Source: Gemmatimonadales bacterium (lineage in GTDB: Bacteria; Gemmatimonadota; Gemmatimonadetes; Gemmatimonadales; GWC2-71-9). Taken from it: DNA of 64,000 nt. Below the pieces are notes generated by a model that worked only from the letters and a program-made list of their open reading frames with translations, made no database searches and was not told the origin of the DNA. Shown here in pieces: positions 48,908-57,850 of the stretch; the stretch's first letter is position 1, and every line of letters starts with the position of its first letter. The position numbers were made by a program, and so were the translations under genes. The stretch spans positions 1-64,000 of the forward strand of contig JBFJCP010000008.1 in the NCBI GenBank assembly GCA_041615815.1, in the 5' to 3' direction.

Positions 48908-50415
48908 TTCTCACGGTGGGGGACTGGGCGCTGCTCACACTCGCAGCGCTCCTCGCCGGCGGTCTCACCCTCTGGTCCATCCGACGGACACGCCGCGCGA
49001 TTCAGCGCTGGACGAATCGCGCCGTCGTACGGTCCGTGCACCGGTTTCGGGTCCACATCGATCGGTACAAGCTCGTCCGCAAGCAGGTCATTCGTGAAAC
49101 ATTGCTCCGGGATCCTCATGTCCTCGAGGCCGTCCGTGATCACACGCACCGGCATGGCGTGAGCGAGATGGACGGGCGCGTACTCGTCGAGCGATACATT
49201 GACGAGATCGTTCCTTACTTCAACATCCTCTCGTACTACAAGCTGGGGTACAACCTCGCCCGACTACTGATCAATCTCCTCTATCGAGTCACATCGGAAT
49301 ACCAGGATGTCGAGCGGCTCAACGCCATCCCGCGGACCGACGTGGTCGTCTATCTCATGAACCATCGGTCCAACGCGGATTACGTCGTCGTGGCGTATAC
49401 GTTGGCCCGGAGTGTGAGCATCAGCTACGCCGTGGGCGAGTGGGCGCGCGTATGGCCACTCGAGTACGTCTTCAAGACCTTCGGCGCCTACTTCATCCGC
49501 CGCGGGTTTCGCGATCCCCTCTATCACATGGTTCTCGAGCGATACGTGCAGCTCATCACGCGAAATGGCGTGACGCAGGGAATCTTCTTGGAGGGCGGTC
49601 TGACTCGTGATGGTCGCTTCCGGCCGGCCAAGATCGGTCTCCTCGATTACATCGCACGGACGCTCCACGACCCTGAGTTCCGACGGGATATCTGGCTCGT
49701 CCCGGTCGCGATCAACTACGACCGCGTGCTCGAAGACCGATCGCTCATTCGCGAGCTCGTGGACGAGCACGATCGTCCCAGTCGGCTGCGGCAATTCCTC
49801 TCTGTGATTCACTACGTTTCGGTCAATCTGCTCCGGTTGGTCACCGGAAACCTCAAACGTTATGGGCGCGTCGCCGTGAACTTCGGCACGCCACTCTCGC
49901 TTCGTACCTGGCTCGCCGAGGATCTGGATGCGTTGCGACGACCCAAAGAGGAGCGCCTTGCGACGCTTCAGACGCTGGCCGACGAGATGATGCTCCGGAT
50001 CGCAACCATCATCCCGGTCACGTCGGTGCCGTTAACCGCAGCTGCGCTGCTCTCCTTCGGAGAAAGTGTCGTGGATCGTGCACGGCTCCTGGAACGGCTG
50101 GAGCAGTACCGCGATCATTTGCACCGGCAAGGCGCGAAGCTGGTACGCCCCGAGCGCGATGCAGCGGCGATACTGGCACGAGCCTCCCGCACGCTCACCA
50201 TGCGCCGTCTGACCGTTCATGAAGGCAACCGGTACGTCGTGCTTCCGTCACAGCGGCCACTCCTCGAGTATTATGCCAACTCCATTCGACATTTGCTCCC
50301 CGCCGACAGGGGCGGGGAACCGATCATGCATCCGGCCAAGGAGCCGGACCGTTCCCTACCCAGGCTCCGCGTCTGGACCCCCGCCCCCAAGCGCGGTCCG
50401 AACAACGCGCGTTGA
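48904..50415 (+). CDS. Glycerol-3-phosphate/lysophospholipid acyltransferase (PlsB-like)
   Basis: NHRSNADY (HX4D), GAYFIRR, FLEGGLTRDG, VPVAINYDRVLE. Start uncertain (CTG 48904 or GTG 48916). Confidence 0.85.
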   Translation: MILTVGDWALLTLAALLAGGLTLWSIRRTRRAIQRWTNRAVVRSVHRFRVHIDRYKLVRKQVIRETLLRDPHVLEAVRDHTHRHGVSEMDGRVLVERYIDEIVPYFNILSYYKLGYNLARLLINLLYRVTSEYQDVERLNAIPRTDVVVYLMNHRSNADYVVVAYTLARSVSISYAVGEWARVWPLEYVFKTFGAYFIRRGFRDPLYHMVLERYVQLITRNGVTQGIFLEGGLTRDGRFRPAKIGLLDYIARTLHDPEFRRDIWLVPVAINYDRVLEDRSLIRELVDEHDRPSRLRQFLSVIHYVSVNLLRLVTGNLKRYGRVAVNFGTPLSLRTWLAEDLDALRRPKEERLATLQTLADEMMLRIATIIPVTSVPLTAAALLSFGESVVDRARLLERLEQYRDHLHRQGAKLVRPERDAAAILARASRTLTMRRLTVHEGNRYVVLPSQRPLLEYYANSIRHLLPADRGGEPIMHPAKEPDRSLPRLRVWTPAPKRGPNNAR

Positions 50416-50459
50416 ACAACGGGCGAGGGAGCACCAACGTCCTTAGTTTACGGATCGCC

Positions 50460-51437
50460 ATGGCGCAACCGACCGATATCAAGACACTCCCCGTTGGCGC
50501 ACGCGTCGAGGACACGTTCCTGGTCGTCGATCTGCGGGACCGGACCATGGATACCGGAGACGTCTACACGATTCTGACCCTCGGCAACAGCACCGGAAGA
50601 ATTCCGACAGAGCCGTTTTGGCCCACTCGGCAAACAGAGATCGCCGGATTGCGAAAGGGCCACGTGGTTCAGGTCATCGGTGAGGTCGCGACGTTTCGAG
50701 ATCGCCGGCAGCTCAAGGTCGTGTCCCTGCGACCGCTCCCCACAGAGTCGGTCAATCTCATCACGCTGCTTCCGTCCATCGGGACCGTCGACCGTTACTG
50801 GGAGACCTTGGACCGATGGCGCAGGGAGATCCGCCGGTCCAGCATCCGGGCCGTTGTTGATCTGTTCTACGAAGACCATGAGTTCCGCGCCCGATACGAG
50901 CAGTGCCCCGCCGCCGTCTCAGGGCATCACGCCTCCATCGGCGGACTGCTCAAACACACCACGGAGGTGGCTGCGATCGCTCGCACCATCGCCCGCGCCT
51001 GCGGCGCCGATGAACAGCTCGTCCTCGCCGGCGTCTTGCTGCACGACATCGGCAAGATCGAGAGCTATACGTGGGACGGCATCTTCGACTTTACCGAGGC
51101 GGGTCGGCTGGTGGGACATGTAGTCCTCGGTGCGCTGCTACTCGAGCGCCGACTCGGCGAGCAGCACCCGCCCCTCTGTACCGACGACGAGCGCAAGCTG
51201 TTGCTGCACTTCGTGCTGTCCCATCACGGTAAGCTCGAATGGGGAAGCCCGATTCCGCCCATGACGCTCGAGGCGGAGGTCCTGCACTGGGCTGATAACG
51301 CGAGCGCCAAGACGGCGAGCGTGGCGGAGGCGCTGCAAGACGACGACAACTTCCCCGAGGGCCGTGTCTCGATGGCCATTCGGAGGCTGGATTGGCGACG
51401 TCTGTTTCGCAACGGCGTGCTCGACGCCCCCGATTAG
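50460..51437 (+). CDS. yhaM: YhaM/Cbf1-like 3'-5' exoribonuclease (OB-fold plus HD domain)
   Basis: N-terminal OB-fold, PAA...HHA..GGLLKHT, LLHDIGKI..Y, LVGH, LSHHG..EWGSP..P...EA..LH.AD. Confidence 0.85.
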   Translation: MAQPTDIKTLPVGARVEDTFLVVDLRDRTMDTGDVYTILTLGNSTGRIPTEPFWPTRQTEIAGLRKGHVVQVIGEVATFRDRRQLKVVSLRPLPTESVNLITLLPSIGTVDRYWETLDRWRREIRRSSIRAVVDLFYEDHEFRARYEQCPAAVSGHHASIGGLLKHTTEVAAIARTIARACGADEQLVLAGVLLHDIGKIESYTWDGIFDFTEAGRLVGHVVLGALLLERRLGEQHPPLCTDDERKLLLHFVLSHHGKLEWGSPIPPMTLEAEVLHWADNASAKTASVAEALQDDDNFPEGRVSMAIRRLDWRRLFRNGVLDAPD

Positions 51438-51697
51438 TCGAGACGGCCGAGCGCACGTTCCGCTCGGTCCAGCACCCGCGCCAACATGTCTACCAGTGCC
51501 CGGTGCCGGGACGTACCGGGCACGGCGAACATGCACAGGAGACAGCGGGCACCGGCAAGGGCGAGTTCGAGCTCCCGGCGCGTGGCCTCCCGCCTGGCAG
51601 CAGAACCGGTAGGCATGCGTAACCAGGGCGTCATGCTGCCACGGTAACCACCATCGGTCAGAACGCCCGGATCCTCCGGGCGCCCGAGGGAGCAAAA

Positions 51698-52111
51698 GTG
51701 TCGTACCGTCATCTCCCGCACACCGCAGACATCAAGATCGAGATCACGGCACCGAGCTTGGAACAGGTATTCCAGGACGCGACCGCGTTGTTGAGAGAGT
51801 TGACGGTGGGAAGTACCGGGGTGGAAGTCCGAGAACGGCGCGATGTCACCGTTCGGGGGGACACACCCGCAGAGCAATTGCTTCAGTTCTTGAAGGAGGG
51901 ACTCTACCTCTTCGCTGTCGACGGCTTCGTCCCGGCCGGATGGGTCAGCGATTCGATCACACCCACCGAAATACAGGGCGCTTTCGAGGGTGAATCGTTT
52001 GACCCGAATCGCCACGAAACGCAGCCCGAGGTCAAAGCCGTCACCCGCCACGACCTTGCACTCGATCGGACGCCGGACGGCTGGCTCGGTACCATCGTGT
52101 TCGATCTCTGA
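51698..52111 (+). CDS. Archease
   Basis: YRHLPHTADI, F..A..LL, GE.FDP.RH...EVKAVTRH.L, terminal VFDL; directly upstream of rtcB. Confidence 0.93.
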   Translation: MSYRHLPHTADIKIEITAPSLEQVFQDATALLRELTVGSTGVEVRERRDVTVRGDTPAEQLLQFLKEGLYLFAVDGFVPAGWVSDSITPTEIQGAFEGESFDPNRHETQPEVKAVTRHDLALDRTPDGWLGTIVFDL

Positions 52112-52172
52112 ATCCTTCTCGAGAGCGCCGACGAGTCCTCCAACGCTCGTGCAGCGACGTTAACTTTCATCC

Positions 52173-53618
52173 ATGAAGCTCAATGACGTCCGCGTCGAGC
52201 AAATCGATGAGTTCCGGTGGCGTGTACCGCAACACGGCGGCATGCGTACCTACGGCCTCATCTTCGCCGATGCCGCATTGATGCAAGACCTCGCGGGCGA
52301 TCAGTGCGTCCAACAAGTCATCAACGTTGCCCACCTTCCAGGCATCGTCGGGCCCTCGATCGCGATGCCGGATATCCATTGGGGATATGGTTTTCCCATT
52401 GGTGGCGTGGCCGCATTTGACGAGAAAGAAGGAGTCATTTCGCCCGGCGGTGTGGGATACGACATCAACTGTGGGGTGCGCCTGCTGCGTTCTCCCCTCT
52501 CCATGCACGATGTTCGTCCCCACCTCCGCAAGCTGGTGGACGAGCTGTACGAGGGAATTCCCTCCGGCGTGGGGTCATCTCGCGCGGACGTCCGGCTCAC
52601 CGATTCCGAGCTCGGCCACGTGCTCAGGCGGGGAGCGCGGTGGGCCGTGGAAGAAGGATTCGGCGTGCCGCGTGACCTCGAGTGTATGGAAGGCGGCGGC
52701 GCGTTGGACGGCAACCCGGACACCGTGAGCGCCCGAGCGAAGAAACGCGGCAAGAACCAGCTCGGCACGGTGGGTAGTGGTAACCACTTCGTGGAGGTCG
52801 GTTACGTCTCCGCCATCTATGACGATGTCGCCGCCACCCGGCTCGGCCTGTCCCTCAACACCGTCACGTTCTTCATTCACTCCGGCTCCCGCGGTCTCGG
52901 ATACCAGGTCTGCGACGACTACCTCGATCTCATGGTGCAAGCCTCACGCAAGTACGGTATCGAGCTCCCGGACAAACAACTCTGTTGCGCACCGCTCACG
53001 AGTCCCGAAGCCCGCGACTATCTCGGGGCCATGAATGCGGCAGCGAATTACGCCTTCGCCAACCGCCAACTCATGAGTCACTATGTCCGCCGGGCAGTCA
53101 CCGACGTGTTTTCCGGCGACGCCGCGGACCAGGTGGACCTCGTGTATGATGTGGCTCACAACATCGCCAAGTTCGAGACACACGAGGTGGCAGGACAGGG
53201 CCGCCGCCTCTGCGTGCACCGCAAGGGGGCCACCCGTGCCTTCCCACCTCGGCACCCGGAACTCGCCGCCCGATTCCAAGACATTGGACAGCCGGTGTTC
53301 ATCCCCGGCGACATGGGCCGGTACTCCTATGTGCTGGTTGGCACTCCCGGTGCCTACGACGAGACGTTTGGTTCGACGTGTCACGGCGCTGGGAGACGCA
53401 TGAGCCGTACACAAGCCAAGAAGGAGGCCCGTCCCCGCAACGTGCCGAAAGAACTCGCGGCCCGCGGAATCCTGATCCGAGCCGCCAGTCGACGCACGGT
53501 GGACGAAGAGATCCCCGAGGCCTACAAAGATGTTCGGCAGGTAGTGGACGTCGTGGACGGAGCGGGAATTGGTAAGAAGGTGGCGCAACTCAAACCGATG
53601 GGAGTGGTGAAAGGGTAG
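52173..53618 (+). CDS. rtcB: RtcB RNA ligase (archease-dependent, archaeal/eukaryotic-like)
   Basis: MPDIHWGYGFPIGGV, GVGYDINCG, GTVGSGNHF, HSGSRG, YDVAHNIAK, HRKGATRAF, STCHGAGR, E.PEAYKDV, VVKG. Confidence 0.97.
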   Translation: MKLNDVRVEQIDEFRWRVPQHGGMRTYGLIFADAALMQDLAGDQCVQQVINVAHLPGIVGPSIAMPDIHWGYGFPIGGVAAFDEKEGVISPGGVGYDINCGVRLLRSPLSMHDVRPHLRKLVDELYEGIPSGVGSSRADVRLTDSELGHVLRRGARWAVEEGFGVPRDLECMEGGGALDGNPDTVSARAKKRGKNQLGTVGSGNHFVEVGYVSAIYDDVAATRLGLSLNTVTFFIHSGSRGLGYQVCDDYLDLMVQASRKYGIELPDKQLCCAPLTSPEARDYLGAMNAAANYAFANRQLMSHYVRRAVTDVFSGDAADQVDLVYDVAHNIAKFETHEVAGQGRRLCVHRKGATRAFPPRHPELAARFQDIGQPVFIPGDMGRYSYVLVGTPGAYDETFGSTCHGAGRRMSRTQAKKEARPRNVPKELAARGILIRAASRRTVDEEIPEAYKDVRQVVDVVDGAGIGKKVAQLKPMGVVKG

Positions 53619-53699
53619 AAGCTGGGAAAGCGAGGAGGCTGGACGGAACTGGCGGCATCACCTTCACACCGTCCGTCCTACGATCGAGTACCATAAATG

Positions 53700-54120
53700 C
53701 ACAGACGGCCGGGCATCCAAACGGATCCCGGCCGTCTATCGCACTGGTTACCCGGAGCCAGGGGATTAACTCCCTCTGTTCTTCTTCCCGGTGCCGCCGC
53801 GGCTGTTTGCACCTTGCGGATAAGCATTCCGGGAGCTCCGGCTTCCATCCACCTGCGGCCTGGCCTGGCCGCGGGCTTCGCCAGTGCGGGCGCTGCGAGT
53901 CGGATCGGGTCGCGGACCGACCTCTCGCACTGCACACCGAGGCGCCGCGTCGGTGCGGGCGAGGCGCGCGACTGGCCTCGCCGACCCAAGCCAAGGTGAC
54001 CACCTGGATCATCGAACGCCTGAGCTCTTGAGTTCTCGGCGTTCTCCCCAGAATTCCCGCTTGGGTCCGCCACGCTGGGCGTGGCCAAGACTCGAAAGTC
54101 CCGACCCGTCCCCGTGTGGC
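53700..54120 (-). ncRNA. Candidate large structured non-coding RNA of unrecognised family
   Basis: Own promoter, continuous stem-loops with UUCG and GCAA tetraloops and G-U pairs on the minus strand, terminal hairpin, no credible ORF. Confidence 0.55.
53703..53737. terminator. Strong hairpin, probable (bidirectional) terminator
   Basis: AGACGGCCGGG / CCCGGCCGTCT 11-bp stem, extended by ATCC/GGAT. Confidence 0.65.
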
Positions 54121-54126
54121 GAGATC

Positions 54127-54154
54127 AATATAGGGGGTCCCTAAAACCGCGCAA
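54127..54154 (-). promoter_or_regulatory. sigma70-like promoter
   Basis: TTGCGC (54154-54149)-N16-TATATT (54132-54127) on the minus strand. Confidence 0.65.
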
Positions 54155-54197
54155 GCGCCGATATTTCTTCGGCTTACGAGCTTTCGTGTGGGCCTGC

Positions 54198-54291
54198 TGT
54201 GGAAACGTAATATCCGACGAAACGGCTACTTGCCCGACTTATCCACGCGGTGTGGACGTGTGCAAAACCGGATTCCCCACACTCATCCACA
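54198..54291. promoter_or_regulatory. DnaA-box cluster
   Basis: Matches to TTWTNCACA: 54259-67 (minus, TTTTGCACA, perfect); 54239-47, 54283-91 and 54198-206 (1 mismatch each); 54273-81 (2 mismatches). Confidence 0.65.
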
Positions 54292-54293
54292 TC

Positions 54294-54914
54294 TCATTCC
54301 CGAGTCCCCACTTCCTCGTATACGTAGGCATCGCCGGTCACGGAGGGGGCGAACAACAGACCGCCACCACTAGTTGCGAACCAACCGCCCAGGAGGACGT
54401 GGGACACCTCGGGCGCCGGTGGCTGAAAAAGTGCCGCGAGCCAGCGCCGCACGTGCATGAGTTCCGGGGCGCGCCGCGACAACAGTGAGAGGACACTCCC
54501 AACGCCTTGCGTCGCACGGAGAAAATGTGCGATCGCGTGGACGCGCTGCGCGAACTCATAGGCCCTCACGCCGGGTTCGTCGTAGAGCAGCGTACCCTCG
54601 TACGGGTCCGCGGGCGGTGCGTCCACCCGGGGACCGAGATAGACGTAGACCCGACGTCCCTGGCTGCGCCGTTCCACGACCGCGGCCGCCGTCTCGCCGG
54701 ACAGACGAGCGGCGTGCAGCTGGTCCGTGTCGTTCAAAATCCCCACGGTCACGGTCCATTCGAGCGCCGCCAGAGCGTTGTACAGCGGACACCCCAATTC
54801 CTCGTCGTAGGCGATGAGTCGAGGGGCCTCGCCTGCACGTTGGAAGAAATGGCCCCAAGCGTCGGCACGATCGGGGGCCGTGTGGGTGGATCGGGAGATA
54901 GCGGGTACCGTCAT
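54294..54914 (-). CDS. Hypothetical protein
   Basis: 206-aa ORF with GAGG RBS and globular composition; no motif recognised. Confidence 0.75.
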   Translation of the reverse strand: MTVPAISRSTHTAPDRADAWGHFFQRAGEAPRLIAYDEELGCPLYNALAALEWTVTVGILNDTDQLHAARLSGETAAAVVERRSQGRRVYVYLGPRVDAPPADPYEGTLLYDEPGVRAYEFAQRVHAIAHFLRATQGVGSVLSLLSRRAPELMHVRRWLAALFQPPAPEVSHVLLGGWFATSGGGLLFAPSVTGDAYVYEEVGTRE

Positions 54915-55065
54915 ACCTCGCTCAAGATAACCGGACCCGGGAGGGGCGCCTAGGTGCGGAGCCTCTCGACGGTGCTGGGGTACGGGCAGATGGGGCTTGC
55001 GGGCCTCGCAAGGTGTGCGTCCTATTTAGTCAGGCACGGCGGTTGCTAGACCAACATGTGAGCTC

Positions 55066-55653
55066 ATGCGAAACCTCTTCTGTCTGCTGGTCGTCCTCGC
55101 GCTGATCCCACCGCTGCCCGACCAGGGCGGCGATCGGCTACACCGCCGGTGGGTAGGGACGCATACCGGTGGTTCCCTCCATCTCGATTTTTATGGGGAC
55201 AGCCTACTCGTCGTCAACGATCAATACGCCCTCAATTATCGCGCCACCCGCGACTCGATCGTCGCCACCGGCGATACGACGCTGGCGGTATCGTACTGGT
55301 TTGCGCTGGACCGCCTCCTGCTCCGGACCACAGGGGATGAGGTCATCACGATGTCCGAGCAGAGTGCGCTCGCTCGACCCCTCCAAGGACGCTGGCGTGG
55401 CTCCCCCACCGCCTGGACGGATCGAGAGGTGGATCTCGTCATGAGTCGTGGCGGAGGCGCGCGGTGGCGAGCGGTTCCCCGCGGGGGTTGGACACAGGGA
55501 GAGTGGGATCGCGCCACTCGCGTCATCACGTTCACCTGGCTACCGGACTCCACCCAGTGGATCGGACAATACGACCCCGTCGGCAACGCGATCCTCTTCG
55601 AGGATGCGCCGCCCGAAAACGGGATCCTGGTCCTCCGGCGGGTGTTTCGCTGA
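55066..55653 (+). CDS. Hypothetical secreted protein with two lipocalin-like repeats
   Basis: Signal peptide; LHRRWVG and LQGRWRG begin two similar beta-rich halves. Confidence 0.7.
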   Translation: MRNLFCLLVVLALIPPLPDQGGDRLHRRWVGTHTGGSLHLDFYGDSLLVVNDQYALNYRATRDSIVATGDTTLAVSYWFALDRLLLRTTGDEVITMSEQSALARPLQGRWRGSPTAWTDREVDLVMSRGGGARWRAVPRGGWTQGEWDRATRVITFTWLPDSTQWIGQYDPVGNAILFEDAPPENGILVLRRVFR

Positions 55654-55719
55654 GCATCCATCCCCTTCCTCCCAACCGTTGGCCATGTGAGAAGGCGCAC
55701 CCACGGCCGGGGGCCCGCT

Positions 55720-56637
55720 TCAGATCACGACGACCGGTGTCACGACCTCGCGCTCGCGCGCGAAGACCCGTTCAGCAGCATCGAGCGCCTCCTGGACCTC
55801 GGGGGTTTCCGCATCGGGGTATTTGACGCTGGGCTCGATCTGCCCGCTGAGACGCCGTACCATTACCAACGCCCGCGTGACCTCGCAACGCGCTGGGTCG
55901 GGATCCGTGAATCCCGAGGTCAACAGGTCGCGGAAGAAGGGGAGCGTCCTGACATCCTCCAGCACGTAGAGCGATTCCAGAATCCTCGGACTCAGGAACG
56001 CGCGCAGGTGCAGATCGCGGCGAACCTCGTCGAACAAGGCAACCAGATACAGGGCCGCGTCCTGCTCGGGATAAAAGCGAGCTGCCTCGGCCGCCGCGCC
56101 GACGAACGCGTGGTGGGCGTCCGGCGTGAGATACCGAACAAAGAGAGGCCACTCTCGCCGACGATGCCGCTCCGCCAGCGCCAAGAACGCAAAATATCGG
56201 CGGGGAATCGGCGCCGCCCCATCGGCCACGACGGTTCGGAGTCCGGCGGGACCGAACCGCTGGGCGACCAACGCCGCCGCGGTGGCGTGCTGGAGTCGTT
56301 CGAGCTCGGGCAGCCGAAAGGTTCGGACTCGGAGGGCCGCGGACTCCCCACCCGTGGCCAAGGGGGGCAGCTGCCGTAGGAGACCGAGCAGAAGGGAGTC
56401 CACTTCCTCCAATGCGAACTCCCACACGCGAACATCCCGACGTCGGGGCGCGGCGAGCGCCTCCCAGCCCAAGCGTGTGACGTCCAGGTCGTCCCACCGG
56501 GTCTCGAGCACGGAGGGGGTTTGCGCCTCGGAAAGTCGACGCAACGCCTCGGCAAATCGGAAGAGGGCGTCAGGCACCGAAGGCAATGTAGATCGCGGGC
56601 GAATGGGTGGCGAGCCTCCGGTGCATATTGCATTCAC
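55720..56637 (-). CDS. Hypothetical helical (HEAT-like) protein
   Basis: Helix-rich ORF (RRYFAFLALAE, AAAEAARFYP, ILESLYVL). Start may be downstream of 56637. Confidence 0.7.
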   Translation of the reverse strand: MNAICTGGSPPIRPRSTLPSVPDALFRFAEALRRLSEAQTPSVLETRWDDLDVTRLGWEALAAPRRRDVRVWEFALEEVDSLLLGLLRQLPPLATGGESAALRVRTFRLPELERLQHATAAALVAQRFGPAGLRTVVADGAAPIPRRYFAFLALAERHRRREWPLFVRYLTPDAHHAFVGAAAEAARFYPEQDAALYLVALFDEVRRDLHLRAFLSPRILESLYVLEDVRTLPFFRDLLTSGFTDPDPARCEVTRALVMVRRLSGQIEPSVKYPDAETPEVQEALDAAERVFAREREVVTPVVVI

Positions 56638-56686
56638 GCTTCAGCGACATTGATTTATCCTGCGGTTTCAACACCACTGATATCCT

Positions 56687-57850
56687 GTGCAATTCCGGGA
56701 CCGTCCGTTGCAGCGAGCTGAAGCCTTGCGAGTTTTCACACGGCGACCGCCCCTTCTTGTTCTCCTCATCGCGCTGATTGGGGCGTGCGCCTCGGGCACC
56801 GATCCTATCCTCCTCGGTCTCGCCGGGCCACTGAGCGAGACCCGGGGCGAATCCATGAGACTGGCGGCGGAGCTGGCAGTGCAGGAGATCAACGCCCAGG
56901 GTGGCGTACGGGGCCGGCCGCTCCGGCTGGTGGCTCGCGACGACAGTGCGATGGCGGAGGTCGCGGTTCGGGTGGCCGAAGAGCTCGCCGAGACCCCAGG
57001 ACTGGTGGCCGTGATCGGGCATCTCACCAGTACCGCCACGCTCGCGGCAGCCCCCATCTACAACCGCAGTCGCAACCCCGTGCTGGAGATCTCGCCGTCG
57101 GCGTCGAGTCCCGCTGTCACCGACGCGGGGGCGTTTACGTTTCGGGTCTGTCCCGACGATGGCGTCCACGGCGCGCGTCTCGCCGTGTGGGCCTCCGACC
57201 GAGCGCGCAGCGTCGGCGTCATATACCAGAACGACGATTACGGCCGGGGGATTCGCACCACCTTCGTGCAAAGCTTCACCGCCCTTGGAGGCATCGTCCG
57301 TTCTCAAGACCCCTACGTGGATGACGTAGCGGAGTTCGAGCCCTTTCTGCGGCGGGCCCGCGGCTTGGGTGGGGTGGACGCCGTGCTCATTGCCGGGACC
57401 CGGTTCGGGGCCGAAGGGGTCCTCGCAACCTTGGATTCGTTGGGAATGTCCCCGGTCGTGTTTGGCGGAGACGGACTCGTGGGACTCGAGCAGTCCACGA
57501 GCGTGAATTCGGAGGGCACGTACGTGTCCACGGCCTACCTACCGGACCGGTCAGGCGGGCGCAATGCCACTTTCGTGGCGTCGTATCGACGGGCCTACGG
57601 TGACCGGACACCCGATCACCGTGGCGCTGGCGCGTATGACATCGTCCATCTGCTCGCTCGGGCCATCGAAGCCGTAGGGCCGGATCGAATGGCGCTTCGG
57701 GCCTATCTCGCGGGGGTGGGCTCCACCACGCCGCCGTTCCGCGGTGTGACCGGCAGCATCGCCTTCGATGCCAACGGCGATGTCCCGGACAAGGAGGTCG
57801 TCATCGGGGTGATTCAGGATGGCCGCCTGGTGACGATGACCGATCAATGA
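56687..57850 (+). CDS. LivJ/LivK-family branched-chain amino-acid substrate-binding lipoprotein
   Basis: LIGAC lipobox, [57 protein letters not shown]. Confidence 0.9.
   Translation: MQFRDRPLQRAEALRVFTRRPPLLVLLIALIGACASGTDPILLGLAGPLSETRGESMRLAAELAVQEINAQGGVRGRPLRLVARDDSAMAEVAVRVAEELAETPGLVAVIGHLTSTATLAAAPIYNRSRNPVLEISPSASSPAVTDAGAFTFRVCPDDGVHGARLAVWASDRARSVGVIYQNDDYGRGIRTTFVQSFTALGGIVRSQDPYVDDVAEFEPFLRRARGLGGVDAVLIAGTRFGAEGVLATLDSLGMSPVVFGGDGLVGLEQSTSVNSEGTYVSTAYLPDRSGGRNATFVASYRRAYGDRTPDHRGAGAYDIVHLLARAIEAVGPDRMALRAYLAGVGSTTPPFRGVTGSIAFDANGDVPDKEVVIGVIQDGRLVTMTDQ

Noticed and set aside
51434..51697. Y-RNA/tRNA-like element or small antisense ORF upstream of archease
   Set aside because: GAGTTCGAGCTC gives only a 3-bp stem with a 6-nt loop and no cloverleaf; the 66-aa minus ORF (51634-51434) has no RBS or motif, so it is unsupported.
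53700..54120. Identification as RNase P RNA, tmRNA, SRP RNA or 6S RNA
   Set aside because: GAAAGTCC at 54094 lacks the GAG prefix and the other RNase P regions; no tRNA-like ends, and the GCAAAC-started frame ends NRGS rather than an ssrA-like tag; no SRP domain IV motif; too long and branched for a typical 6S. Not excluded without cmscan.
53590..54144. ORFs 53590..54012, 53678..54088, 53697..53999 and others
   Set aside because: No RBS and Arg/Pro/Ala-rich noise typical of GC-rich non-coding DNA.
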